DNA from: an uncultured archaeon
GTDB taxonomy: Archaea; Aenigmatarchaeota; Aenigmatarchaeia; QMZS01
Direction of reading: 5' to 3'
Assembly: GCA_964498505.1 (NCBI GenBank)
Contig: CAZCGS010000001.1
Span: forward strand, 1 to 28,016
Length of the DNA: 28,016 nucleotides
The notes below the pieces were generated by a model. It was not told where the DNA came from. It was given only the letters and a program-made list of their open reading frames with translations, and ran no database searches. This document shows, one piece after another, positions 9,179-17,048 of this stretch. Both the position numbers and the translations under genes were made by a program. Numbering within the stretch: position 1 is the stretch's first letter; each line of letters opens with the position of its first letter.

Positions 9179-9904
9179 TTAGCATAAACTCTTTAGAAAC
9201 TCTCCGATTTCCCTTATGGATTTCACTCTTGAAAGAAGTTGATTAAAATCTTCTCTATTCCCATATTTTTTACGATAAGCTTCTATAAGCTTTTCATACC
9301 TATTTGGATCTGTTACAAAAGTGCAATCAATTACATGAAGTAAAATATATCTGTTAGTCTCTATTTGTAGTTCATTATCCTTGTCAATAGTGATAAAAAT
9401 CAGTTTAATATATTGAGTATTTTTGGTTTTCTCTAATTCTCGTTTCCAAAAGGCAGTTTCTGTCAATCTTTCCCTTAGGCTAGTTTTGCATGAGACAATA
9501 GCTTTTACCAAATTAGTTCCCTTCTCAACAATAACCATATCAACATCAGGGAAAATATCACTCCAATTACGAATTACAATCTGGTCTCTATGTTGAATTA
9601 ATGCAATATCACCCATTAATACCAAAAGTTTATTACCAAGCCCATTTTTTGCTATCACCTCTTGAATAGATTTAAAGACAGCATACTCATACAAAGAACC
9701 TTTGCATGTTTTCCATGCTTGATCTTTGCCTCTTTGCTCTTTGTAAAATCTGTTAAGTAAATTCCTCAATCTTCTTTCTGCAATAGAATCAAACTCCTGA
9801 ACAGCCCTTAGGTAATCTCCGTTATATTTCTCCTTCGCTATTGTATCATATCCTCTCTTCAATAAGTTTAAAACCTCTTCCTTACATTTAAATCCTCTTC
9901 TCAT
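9179..9904 (-). CDS. Type II restriction endonuclease, BsaWI/CCGG-family-like PD-(D/E)xK nuclease
   Basis: WKTCKGSLYE, FPDVD and AIVSCKTSLRER. Overlaps the MTase gene by 17 nt. GAGGT SD upstream. Confidence 0.75.
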   Translation of the reverse strand: MRRGFKCKEEVLNLLKRGYDTIAKEKYNGDYLRAVQEFDSIAERRLRNLLNRFYKEQRGKDQAWKTCKGSLYEYAVFKSIQEVIAKNGLGNKLLVLMGDIALIQHRDQIVIRNWSDIFPDVDMVIVEKGTNLVKAIVSCKTSLRERLTETAFWKRELEKTKNTQYIKLIFITIDKDNELQIETNRYILLHVIDCTFVTDPNRYEKLIEAYRKKYGNREDFNQLLSRVKSIREIGEFLKSLC

Positions 9905-10730
9905 CTTCTCTTACCTCAAATAGCCTTTTCTGGAACAATTTACCTTCTTTAGTTATACGCATTTTTGCCAACTTGCAATATTTCTCATCTATTTCCACTC
10001 CAATACCTCTACGATTTAATAAAGCACATGCTATAAGCGTTGTTCCACTTCCTAAAAACGGGTCTAATATTGTATCTCCAACAAAACTAAAAAGTTTTAT
10101 ACATCTTTTTGGTAATTCAATTGGAAATGGGGCAGGATGTCTTACCCTTTTTCTACTTTCTCCGGGAAAATTCCAGACACCTTGCGTCCATTCCATAAAT
10201 TCCTCCTTTGTGATATCTGAGATTCCGCCCCTTAATTTAGACCACCTTTTTTTATAAAAGATAATGATCACCTCCACTGGTGCTATCACATAAGGCGCCT
10301 TTGCACTTAGCCAAGATCCCCAAGCAGTTCTCCTTGAAATATTTCCCTCATTCCATATAATTGTAGAAAAATATTTCCATCCTACTTTCTTAGCAATTTC
10401 TACTATATCTGCATATACACTTTGAAATCCAGCTTCTGTTCTTCCCTTACTTTTGTCAAGTGGTATGTTCAGGCACAACCTACCATCAGGTTTTACTAAC
10501 TCTAAAGCCTTTGAAAGCCATTTCTTGGTAAATTCAAGATATTTTTCGTATGGTATATCGTCTTCAAAGGAGTTATAATGAATATCTACATTATACGGTG
10601 GTGAGGTAACAATTAAATCTACAGAATTTTTTTGTATAAGTTCTGTTTTTAAAAAATCATCATTAATGACTATAATTTTATTTTCCCAATTAAAATATAT
10701 CTTATCATTTTTCAAAATACCAAAAGGCAT
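9888..10730 (-). CDS. Beta-class amino DNA methyltransferase (N4-mC favoured by the SPPY motif)
   Basis: Motif IV TSPPY near the N-terminus, HPAPFP, and motif I DPFLGSGTT near the C-terminus. Confidence 0.92.
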   Translation of the reverse strand: MPFGILKNDKIYFNWENKIIVINDDFLKTELIQKNSVDLIVTSPPYNVDIHYNSFEDDIPYEKYLEFTKKWLSKALELVKPDGRLCLNIPLDKSKGRTEAGFQSVYADIVEIAKKVGWKYFSTIIWNEGNISRRTAWGSWLSAKAPYVIAPVEVIIIFYKKRWSKLRGGISDITKEEFMEWTQGVWNFPGESRKRVRHPAPFPIELPKRCIKLFSFVGDTILDPFLGSGTTLIACALLNRRGIGVEIDEKYCKLAKMRITKEGKLFQKRLFEVREDEKRI

Positions 10731-10749
10731 AATCAGATTATACGATTAA

Positions 10750-10757
10750 AGTTTAAA
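10750..10757 (-). promoter_or_regulatory. TATA box for the MTase-REase operon
   Basis: TTTAAACT at -27..-20 from the ATG at 10730. Confidence 0.5.
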
Positions 10758-10759
10758 AT

Positions 10760-12091
10760 TTAAATTTTCTCCGAAAGTTTTTCTTTCAATTTTTCTATCA
10801 AATATTTGGAGGCTAACGCAGGCTTACAATCCTTCACAAGCTCGTAATCCTTTTTCTTCACAATTGAGATTAGCCTTAGATTTAAATCCTGGCACGCCTT
10901 TTTCAGGGCTGTTAAACTCTCGGATTCCGGTCTAAAATATGCGAAAAAAGGTTTTCTATAATTTTTTGCGTGCGCCTTCAAATAATTTTTGATTCTCCGG
11001 TAGGTAACTTTTACATACAATTTTTTTATCTCCTCTGTTTCCCTCCATTCCTCCCAATCATAGGAATTGAAAGGATAGTAATTTACAAACTCTCTCGGAA
11101 TAACTCCAGGAGAGGAAATAGCAATTAAATGCAACTTATTTAAAGCTTCTATCTCCTTCAAAGCTTGCAAAATAGCCCTCCAGGTTTTTGATTTCGGATA
11201 GGGCTTTTTGTAAGAACAAGGTAGAAAAAGGGGGAATTTGCCCTTTGGAGGTTTGTAAAATCTAACAAAAAAATCCTGCCAAACCTCATAATAAGGATGG
11301 ACCAAAAATTCCCTTCCTACTCCCTTTAGCCTTTTCCTTGCCCAACCCGGAAATCTCGGGATGTAATTGAAATTATTAAAATCTATCTCAACTTTTATAC
11401 CTTTTTTTCTTAGGTAGGGCTTTACCAAACCATAAAACTGCTTTTCATCCAAGGGTTTCCATTTTAGGGATATGTAATCCTTCCATAATTCTGAATTGTA
11501 ATGAGGGTAGGTATTGATGATAACAACCTCATCACTGTATTTTTCTACCAACTCAAAGCTCTGCTTTAAAACCTTTTTTTGAAGCTTCCTGTTTTCAAAA
11601 AGTTCTTTGCAGCAATTTACCAGCAAATAGGTTCTAACCTTACATTTTAAGGAATGCAATAGTTTGCACGCCTTAACATAATCCCTTACTCTAAACCCTT
11701 TGTTTATCATCTTTAAAATCTTATCATCTCCAGCTTCCAATCCAATAGCAACTATCAATGTAAACTTTCTGCCGAGCAAAGGGTCCAAATTTTCTTTTTT
11801 TATAAATTCGGGTCTAGACTCTATAACCAACTCCTCTATTTTATATTTCCCCACCACCTTTCCGACCCACTCCAAAAATTCTCTATCGAACTGCTCCTTA
11901 TCCAAAAAACTTCCAGAGGAAAAAATTTTCAGCCTTTTTATTCCCTTATTTTTCTCCAAGAAATTCAGGAGCTTTTTCTTTAAATGCTTCAAATCCTTTT
12001 TTACCTCCTTTCTTCCCCAACCGCAGAAGTAGCACTTTCCCCACCAGCATTTCCCTGATTCCAAAATAATGCTTGCCTCTTCTCTTTCCAT
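10760..12091 (-). CDS. Fusion of a RaSEA-like radical SAM domain and an ArcS catalytic-type DUF5591 domain; putative single-chain archaeosine synthase
   Basis: N-terminal half: CWWGKCYFC, KIFSSGSFLD, IESRPEFI, VAIGLE...INKGF and TYLL (RaSEA/TIGR01210-like). C-terminal half: LFLPCSYKKPYPKSK and ISSPGVIPRE...YPFNSYDW (DUF5591-like). Confidence 0.8.
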   Translation of the reverse strand: MEREEASIILESGKCWWGKCYFCGWGRKEVKKDLKHLKKKLLNFLEKNKGIKRLKIFSSGSFLDKEQFDREFLEWVGKVVGKYKIEELVIESRPEFIKKENLDPLLGRKFTLIVAIGLEAGDDKILKMINKGFRVRDYVKACKLLHSLKCKVRTYLLVNCCKELFENRKLQKKVLKQSFELVEKYSDEVVIINTYPHYNSELWKDYISLKWKPLDEKQFYGLVKPYLRKKGIKVEIDFNNFNYIPRFPGWARKRLKGVGREFLVHPYYEVWQDFFVRFYKPPKGKFPLFLPCSYKKPYPKSKTWRAILQALKEIEALNKLHLIAISSPGVIPREFVNYYPFNSYDWEEWRETEEIKKLYVKVTYRRIKNYLKAHAKNYRKPFFAYFRPESESLTALKKACQDLNLRLISIVKKKDYELVKDCKPALASKYLIEKLKEKLSEKI

Positions 12092-12110
12092 TAAATTTTT
12101 TGAAGGCTAG

Positions 12111-12118
12111 GTAATAAA
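12111..12118 (-). promoter_or_regulatory. TATA-like box for the radical SAM fusion gene
   Basis: TTTATTAC at -27..-20 from the ATG at 12091. Confidence 0.4.
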
Positions 12119-12126
12119 TTTGCAAT

Positions 12127-12565
12127 TTATCTAATCGGAAGATAATCGCAAGGTACGAAAATATCTTTTGAGGCAATCTTCAGTTTTTCATCGGTTGTGT
12201 AAATTTTTGCATCATTTCTATTTTTATATCCCGTAGCCAATAAAAAACAATCTACTAAGGACAAACTAAATTTTTTAAATCTTATCCGGTAGTATCCTGC
12301 CAAAATGGCTGTATTGTTATCTATGCTCATTATCCTTGTGCCCTTTCACTGCTTTAAATCTCAAAATAGATTCGTTTGCCTTTTCTCTGTCAAGTCCATA
12401 CTTCATTAGCAATTGATAATAGGATTCGGCAATAATTGGCTCTATAACGCAACCGGTTTTAATTCCTTCTTGAATTTCTTCCCATGGATGTATCCATTTC
12501 TCCGGTAAATTATTAGTAAGGCAAAGCGTAACGAAGCCGGTATCCAATAAGTACATCTTCACCAT
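12127..12565 (-). pseudogene. PIN-domain (VapC-like) ribonuclease split by a one-base frameshift at 12341-12346
   Basis: ORF 12317-12565 carries YLLDTG and IIAES; ORF 12127-12330 carries LSLVDCFLLA and IYTTDEKL. Removing one base from GTG AAA GGG CAC gives a continuous 145-aa PIN protein (...AVKGTRIMSID...). Confidence 0.8.
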
Positions 12566-12566
12566 A

Positions 12567-12719
12567 TCATTCCTTTTTAGATAAGCATGCTTTTCCTAAT
12601 ACGATTTTTCCTCCTTCATTTACGGCATAGATTACACAACCTTCTTTTTTTGAGATTATCAAAACTTCTCCCGGCGCCAATTTTTCATAAATTGGCTCTT
12701 CTTCTCTTTTCTCCTCCAT
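12567..12719 (-). CDS. 50-aa small protein in the antitoxin position upstream of the PIN gene; absent from the ORF track
   Basis: MEEKREEEPIYEKLAPGEVLIISKKEGCVIYAVNEGGKIVLGKACLSKKE*. The stop lies 1 nt before the PIN ATG. TTTAAAGT at -26. Confidence 0.7.
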   Translation of the reverse strand: MEEKREEEPIYEKLAPGEVLIISKKEGCVIYAVNEGGKIVLGKACLSKKE

Positions 12720-12737
12720 AATTCACTTAAGAGAAAA

Positions 12738-12745
12738 ACTTTAAA
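12738..12745 (-). promoter_or_regulatory. TATA box for the small ORF-PIN operon
   Basis: TTTAAAGT at -26..-19 from the ATG at 12719. Confidence 0.55.
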
Positions 12746-12747
12746 TT

Positions 12748-13863
12748 TCATACCTTCCTCTCAATCAGATAATAAACAAATTCTTTCAAGAGCTCTTTAG
12801 CATTTCCCTCTTTTAACAAAGGTTCTGCCTCCTTCCAAGCCTTAGCCACAATCTCCCTTGCCCTTTTCCTTGCATAGTCTAAAGAACCATACCTCTCCAA
12901 AATGGATATCGCCTCTATGATTTCTTCTTCGGTATTTTCCTCCTTATCCAAAATCTCTAACAATCTTTTTCTGTCTTCTTCAGTTGCCTTTTTCAGGGTA
13001 TGGATAACCATTAAAGTTCTCTTCCCCTCCTTTATATCGTTTCCGAATGCCTTTCCGAAAGCTTCCCTTTCCTTCCCTTTTAAGGCTATATCCAAAATAT
13101 CGTCCTGAATTTGGAAGGCTACACCTATTGCCTCCGCAACTTTCCCAACCTTCTCTACAGTTTCTTTATCTGCATTAGCAAGAATCGCAGCTATCTTAGC
13201 GCTCATCCTTGACAAACAACCCGTTTTGTAAGCGCACATCTGCAAGTACTCTTCCTCGCTAATTTCACTTGCCTTTCCCTTATGCCAGTAAATATCAGTT
13301 CCCTGCCCTACGCTCAAATTTATCATCTCCTGGATAAAGGTTTCATAAATAGCGTTCAGCTTTTTCTCCTCTATTTTACCTTTATTCTTCATCGCAGAAA
13401 TCAAAGGAAAGAAATACAGAAAGTTTCCTGCATTTATCGCTATATCCTCTCCGAAAATTTTGTGGAGGCACGGCTTACCTCTTCTCAACTCTCCTTTGTC
13501 TTCTATATCATCGATTATAATAGTCCCATTATGGATGAGCTCCGGAATTATAACCAAATCCTCCACCAAATCCTCCTTCTTCCCTCCCAAAGCTTCATAC
13601 ACCAGTAAAAATAAAACTGGTCTCCATCTTTTTCCTCCTCTATCCAAAAAATCCCATACCGGATCGGTTAAAGCACCCTGAAATGCTTCCTTGCAATATT
13701 TATACCTGGGCTTTCCTAAAAGCCATTCAAGATATCTCTCCTCTACATTTCTCGGAAAGTACTTTTCTATGATTTTATCTATCTCCTTCCTTTTTTCCTT
13801 CAAAAACTCGATTATCCTGCCCTCCTCTATTTTTATTGGGCTTTGATTATCGGAAGGTTGCAT
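12748..13863 (-). CDS. trans-Isoprenyl diphosphate (polyprenyl) synthase
   Basis: GGKRWRP, FARM DDIED, RRGKP, GQGTD, KTG, SARM FQIQDDILD and DIKEGK. The ATG at 13863 is preferred over the GTG at 13878 because of TTTAAATT at 13892-13885. Confidence 0.93.
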   Translation of the reverse strand: MQPSDNQSPIKIEEGRIIEFLKEKRKEIDKIIEKYFPRNVEERYLEWLLGKPRYKYCKEAFQGALTDPVWDFLDRGGKRWRPVLFLLVYEALGGKKEDLVEDLVIIPELIHNGTIIIDDIEDKGELRRGKPCLHKIFGEDIAINAGNFLYFFPLISAMKNKGKIEEKKLNAIYETFIQEMINLSVGQGTDIYWHKGKASEISEEEYLQMCAYKTGCLSRMSAKIAAILANADKETVEKVGKVAEAIGVAFQIQDDILDIALKGKEREAFGKAFGNDIKEGKRTLMVIHTLKKATEEDRKRLLEILDKEENTEEEIIEAISILERYGSLDYARKRAREIVAKAWKEAEPLLKEGNAKELLKEFVYYLIERKV

Positions 13864-13949
13864 TATTGTGGATTGCACGAAAAAAATTTAAAAAGATAAA
13901 TAGAAAAATTCGGCTATTGTATTATTTAACCTAAGCTTTAGAAATTATT

Positions 13950-15218
13950 ATGCAGAGTTTCATGGAGTTTGTTTTTGTGCTGAGTAGGGCGCCAAGCGAA
14001 TACGAAAAGGAAAAATTGGAAAAATTTGTAAAGACTCTGGTTCCGAAAATTATAAAGGAAAAAAATTCCCTTAAAAATTTGGAAGTTCATTACGATAGAA
14101 TATTTTTGGAATATTGCACAGAAAAAATTCCTGCCCACAGAGCATTACCTAAAATAGTTAAGGAGTTTGAAAATTTTCTACATGAATTTAAGATAGGCCT
14201 TAGAGACTGCTATGCAAAAAGGTACGAGTTAAGATTGAATGTAAAAGGCGAAGGGATAAAAGATATTGAAATCCCTTTCGTAAAATCGTGTAAAGCTATA
14301 GATAGCAAAGCAACCATTGTCCTGGAACTTTTGGATTATTCCTTTTTCAGTAAGGGAAATATGGATAGGTTGCTGAAATTGGTAAAAGAAAAAATAAAAG
14401 GAAAAAGCAAGGAAATAGCTGAAATTGTTGAGGTTCGGGAGGAAGAAAAGGATTTGAGGAACGGAAAGGAAATTCTGAACCTTTACTCCTTAGAAAACCT
14501 GTTATCTCCTGAAATTTCCGGGCTGTATTTTGAAATTAAAAGGGAAATAGAAGAAAATCTGGAGGAGAAAGGATTTAGTAAGGCAGTTATCTTCCCTTTT
14601 AGAAATAAAAAGGAACTCATCCAAAAGTTAGGAAAGTTGAATATAAACCCGGAAGACCTGAATTTTCTGTATATCCTCAACCACAAGAAAAATAAGGAAA
14701 TGGAGAGAATAAAGGATAAGTTTAAAATTTTACTTGAGCTCGATGAGGAGGAAATGAAGGAAAATATTAAATTGATCGGTGTTATGAATTTGGGATACCT
14801 TGAATTGTGCATTCCTTTTTCAGGGAAATTCATCTCAAAAGAAAGCATCCCCCTAAAAATATATTCCGACCCAGAAAAAAGGATTGCTGGAGTTATAATG
14901 AGCTATCCATCCGATGCCGATAATTTTATGGAAGAACTTACAAACTTTTTAAAAGATATTTTAAAAAAATTCGGTTTGGGATACAGGGTAAAAAAAGTAG
15001 GGAATAGAATAGAATTGGAATCAAAGTCGAAAAGAAATAAGTGGATAAGTATTGCCAAGGTTATGCCAAACAAAAATCTCGGAAATCTTTTAAATATAAA
15101 GAGTAATAATGGCTATTTAAGCTGCACAGGTTTCGAAATCGATTTAGAAAATTTATTGATAGCCTATTTAGCCCATCATCCAAGCATCAAAAATGAGAAA
15201 AAGATAAAAATCCTTTAG
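13950..15218 (+). CDS. Degenerate paralog of methanogen-type seryl-tRNA synthetase (SerRS2), predicted catalytically inactive
   Basis: N-domain matches: AHRALPKI...FKIGLR, EIPFVKS and DRLLKLVKEKI. Motif 1-like GFSKAVIFP; IPLKIY. Motif 2 is missing and motif 3 reads DLEN rather than GLER. Confidence 0.72.
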   Translation: MQSFMEFVFVLSRAPSEYEKEKLEKFVKTLVPKIIKEKNSLKNLEVHYDRIFLEYCTEKIPAHRALPKIVKEFENFLHEFKIGLRDCYAKRYELRLNVKGEGIKDIEIPFVKSCKAIDSKATIVLELLDYSFFSKGNMDRLLKLVKEKIKGKSKEIAEIVEVREEEKDLRNGKEILNLYSLENLLSPEISGLYFEIKREIEENLEEKGFSKAVIFPFRNKKELIQKLGKLNINPEDLNFLYILNHKKNKEMERIKDKFKILLELDEEEMKENIKLIGVMNLGYLELCIPFSGKFISKESIPLKIYSDPEKRIAGVIMSYPSDADNFMEELTNFLKDILKKFGLGYRVKKVGNRIELESKSKRNKWISIAKVMPNKNLGNLLNIKSNNGYLSCTGFEIDLENLLIAYLAHHPSIKNEKKIKIL

Positions 15219-15270
15219 CCAAAGATAACCTTCTGCTCTGATAGATTCCTCCTACCCGGTCCATCTATCC

Positions 15271-16023
15271 TTACTCCTCAACCCTCGGCGCCAGGATAAA
15301 AGCTAGTCTTATCTTATCCTTCAGGGAAAATTCTAACCTCAGCGGATAATCCTTGTTGAATTCCAGTTTTACCTTATCTGTAAGCTTCCCGGCCTTAAGC
15401 ATTTTTGAAAGATAATCTATGGAATATCTTGCCTCTACAGGTCCTGGAGTTGATATTGAATAGACATTCGGATTTCCCTCTTCAGCCTTTACCTCAGATA
15501 AACTTGAATCTCCTTCAGCTCTAAAAATTACCTGGTTTTTATCAACCTTTATCAAAACAGAATCGCTTATCAAGCCAGCGTTATCCAAACCCTCCCTAAG
15601 TAAGGAAGGTGTAATCTCAACCTTGGTGTCGAATTTAAATTTGCTTAAATCAGGCAGTTCCTGCTCTGAGATGGAAATAATGGGTAAGTGAAACTCCCTG
15701 GTAGAAGTTCCGGAAAGCACCATAACGAAGCGATCCTCATTCTCATCCAAAGTAAGGATTAACTTGTCTGTTGCTTTTGCCCTCTTTAGGAACTTAAGCA
15801 TGGTCTGCAGGTTTAAACCTATGGAGGTTTCTTTGTCGCATTTATAGCTTTCAAATGCGGTTGGAAACATGACAAAATCAGCTACCGCTATAACAGCTCT
15901 GTCTGGAGCCAGCAATGATATCCCTCCCTTTTCTAACTTGAAGGTTGCCTCATCTATCAACTCGGAAATTGCTATTAAACTCTCCTTCAGCAGGGATATA
16001 TCGTCTAAAACAGCCTTGAACAT
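15271..16023 (-). CDS. pcna: DNA polymerase sliding clamp PCNA
   Basis: 250 aa; ELIDEATF, DRAVIAV, ARYSIDYL, KDYPLRLEF and C-terminal FILAPRVE. Confidence 0.96.
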   Translation of the reverse strand: MFKAVLDDISLLKESLIAISELIDEATFKLEKGGISLLAPDRAVIAVADFVMFPTAFESYKCDKETSIGLNLQTMLKFLKRAKATDKLILTLDENEDRFVMVLSGTSTREFHLPIISISEQELPDLSKFKFDTKVEITPSLLREGLDNAGLISDSVLIKVDKNQVIFRAEGDSSLSEVKAEEGNPNVYSISTPGPVEARYSIDYLSKMLKAGKLTDKVKLEFNKDYPLRLEFSLKDKIRLAFILAPRVEE

Positions 16024-16032
16024 AAATAAACG

Positions 16033-16052
16033 ATATTTAAAAATTTAAATAA
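16033..16052. repeat. 20-bp palindromic promoter-like repeat, copy 1
   Basis: ATATTTAAAAATTTAAATAA, whose core TATTTAAA-AA-TTTAAATA is a perfect inverted repeat. Confidence 0.9.
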
Positions 16053-16122
16053 GATTTCACAAAAATGAGTCATCAAAGACCTATTCTATTAATGGTAAGA
16101 AATAAACCGGAGAAAAAGATTT

Positions 16123-16518
16123 TTATATCTTTTTCTCTTTAAATAGCATATATAAAGATAAAATACTTATAAAAAGTCCAAAAAGCATCATCGCGATTAC
16201 AGCTACTAAACTAATAAAATGAGTATATGCCTGAGTAAATATTAACAAGAAAGGCACTAAAGACACAAGTGAAAGTGCTATTCTTTTGTCTTTTTTCCAA
16301 TTTTTGGTTTTAGAAGTCCAATAAGCCAAATAAAATAACGAAACAAAAAATAATATCATAGAACAGAAACCCATAAAATTCCAATATATGTCAGATTGAC
16401 CAACTGGATATCCAAATGGCTTTAAAAAGGAATAATATACAAACTTTGGAAAGAAGATGCCCAATCCTAACATAAATGATATATATAATTGAAGCCTTCT
16501 AATTTTCCTTTTATCCAT
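16123..16518 (-). CDS. Small multi-pass membrane protein, hypothetical
   Basis: 131 aa with about four hydrophobic segments; AT-rich. Confidence 0.75.
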   Translation of the reverse strand: MDKRKIRRLQLYISFMLGLGIFFPKFVYYSFLKPFGYPVGQSDIYWNFMGFCSMILFFVSLFYLAYWTSKTKNWKKDKRIALSLVSLVPFLLIFTQAYTHFISLVAVIAMMLFGLFISILSLYMLFKEKKI

Positions 16519-16525
16519 AAGAAAG

Positions 16526-16545
16526 ATATTTGAAAATTTAAATAA
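16526..16545. repeat. 20-bp repeat, copy 2 (one mismatch)
   Basis: ATATTTGAAAATTTAAATAA, lying between the two divergent membrane genes. Confidence 0.85.
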
Positions 16546-16556
16546 AAAATAAAACT

Positions 16557-17048
16557 ATGAGCAGCAAAAAATATTCGGGAACTTTGATTTATTTGCTGTC
16601 CGCAGTAATAATGTTAGGCTTGGCAGTACTTGGACTGTACATTACTCCATTAATAATAATTTTGTTTGGAGGAATTTGGTCTTTCTATATTTTCTTATCA
16701 ATTGTCTCTTTAGGATTGGGATTTTTATTCAAAAAATTCTTAGAAAAAAGCAACACCAAAAGTAAAGATTTCGTTATTTTTCCGATGATTTTGTCGACGA
16801 TTGCCATACCTTACTTCGGATTTTTAAAAATAATAGAAACAATGATGGCTCCAATTATTCCTGAAAGCCCATCTGTATATCTCATAAAAAATTTTCCGAA
16901 TACAGATTTAGCCTTCATCTTGTTTTTGATATTTTTCAATTTTTGCTTCCTGTACAAATATGTAAGGCTTTCTGAAAGGAATTACTCTTATCTCTTCCTG
17001 TATGCAATACCGATTATTTTATATTTCGGAATTTCTCTGGCAATTTAA
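16557..17048 (+). CDS. Small multi-pass membrane protein, hypothetical
   Basis: 163 aa with about five hydrophobic segments. The stop codon abuts repeat copy 3. Confidence 0.75.
   Translation: MSSKKYSGTLIYLLSAVIMLGLAVLGLYITPLIIILFGGIWSFYIFLSIVSLGLGFLFKKFLEKSNTKSKDFVIFPMILSTIAIPYFGFLKIIETMMAPIIPESPSVYLIKNFPNTDLAFILFLIFFNFCFLYKYVRLSERNYSYLFLYAIPIILYFGISLAI

Noticed and set aside
9171-10768. 8-bp TAAATTTT at both ends of the R-M pair as a target-site duplication
   Set aside because: Too short and low-complexity for AT-rich intergenic DNA.
11946-12176. 76-aa minus-strand ORF bridging the PIN and radical SAM genes
   Set aside because: Out-of-frame overlap with two supported genes; TTG start and no recognisable features.
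16065-16142. 25-codon plus-strand ORF (MSHQRPILL...) starting 22 nt from the centre of repeat copy 1
   Set aside because: Too short to support and overlaps the 3' end of the convergent membrane gene. It could be a remnant, but this is untestable here.
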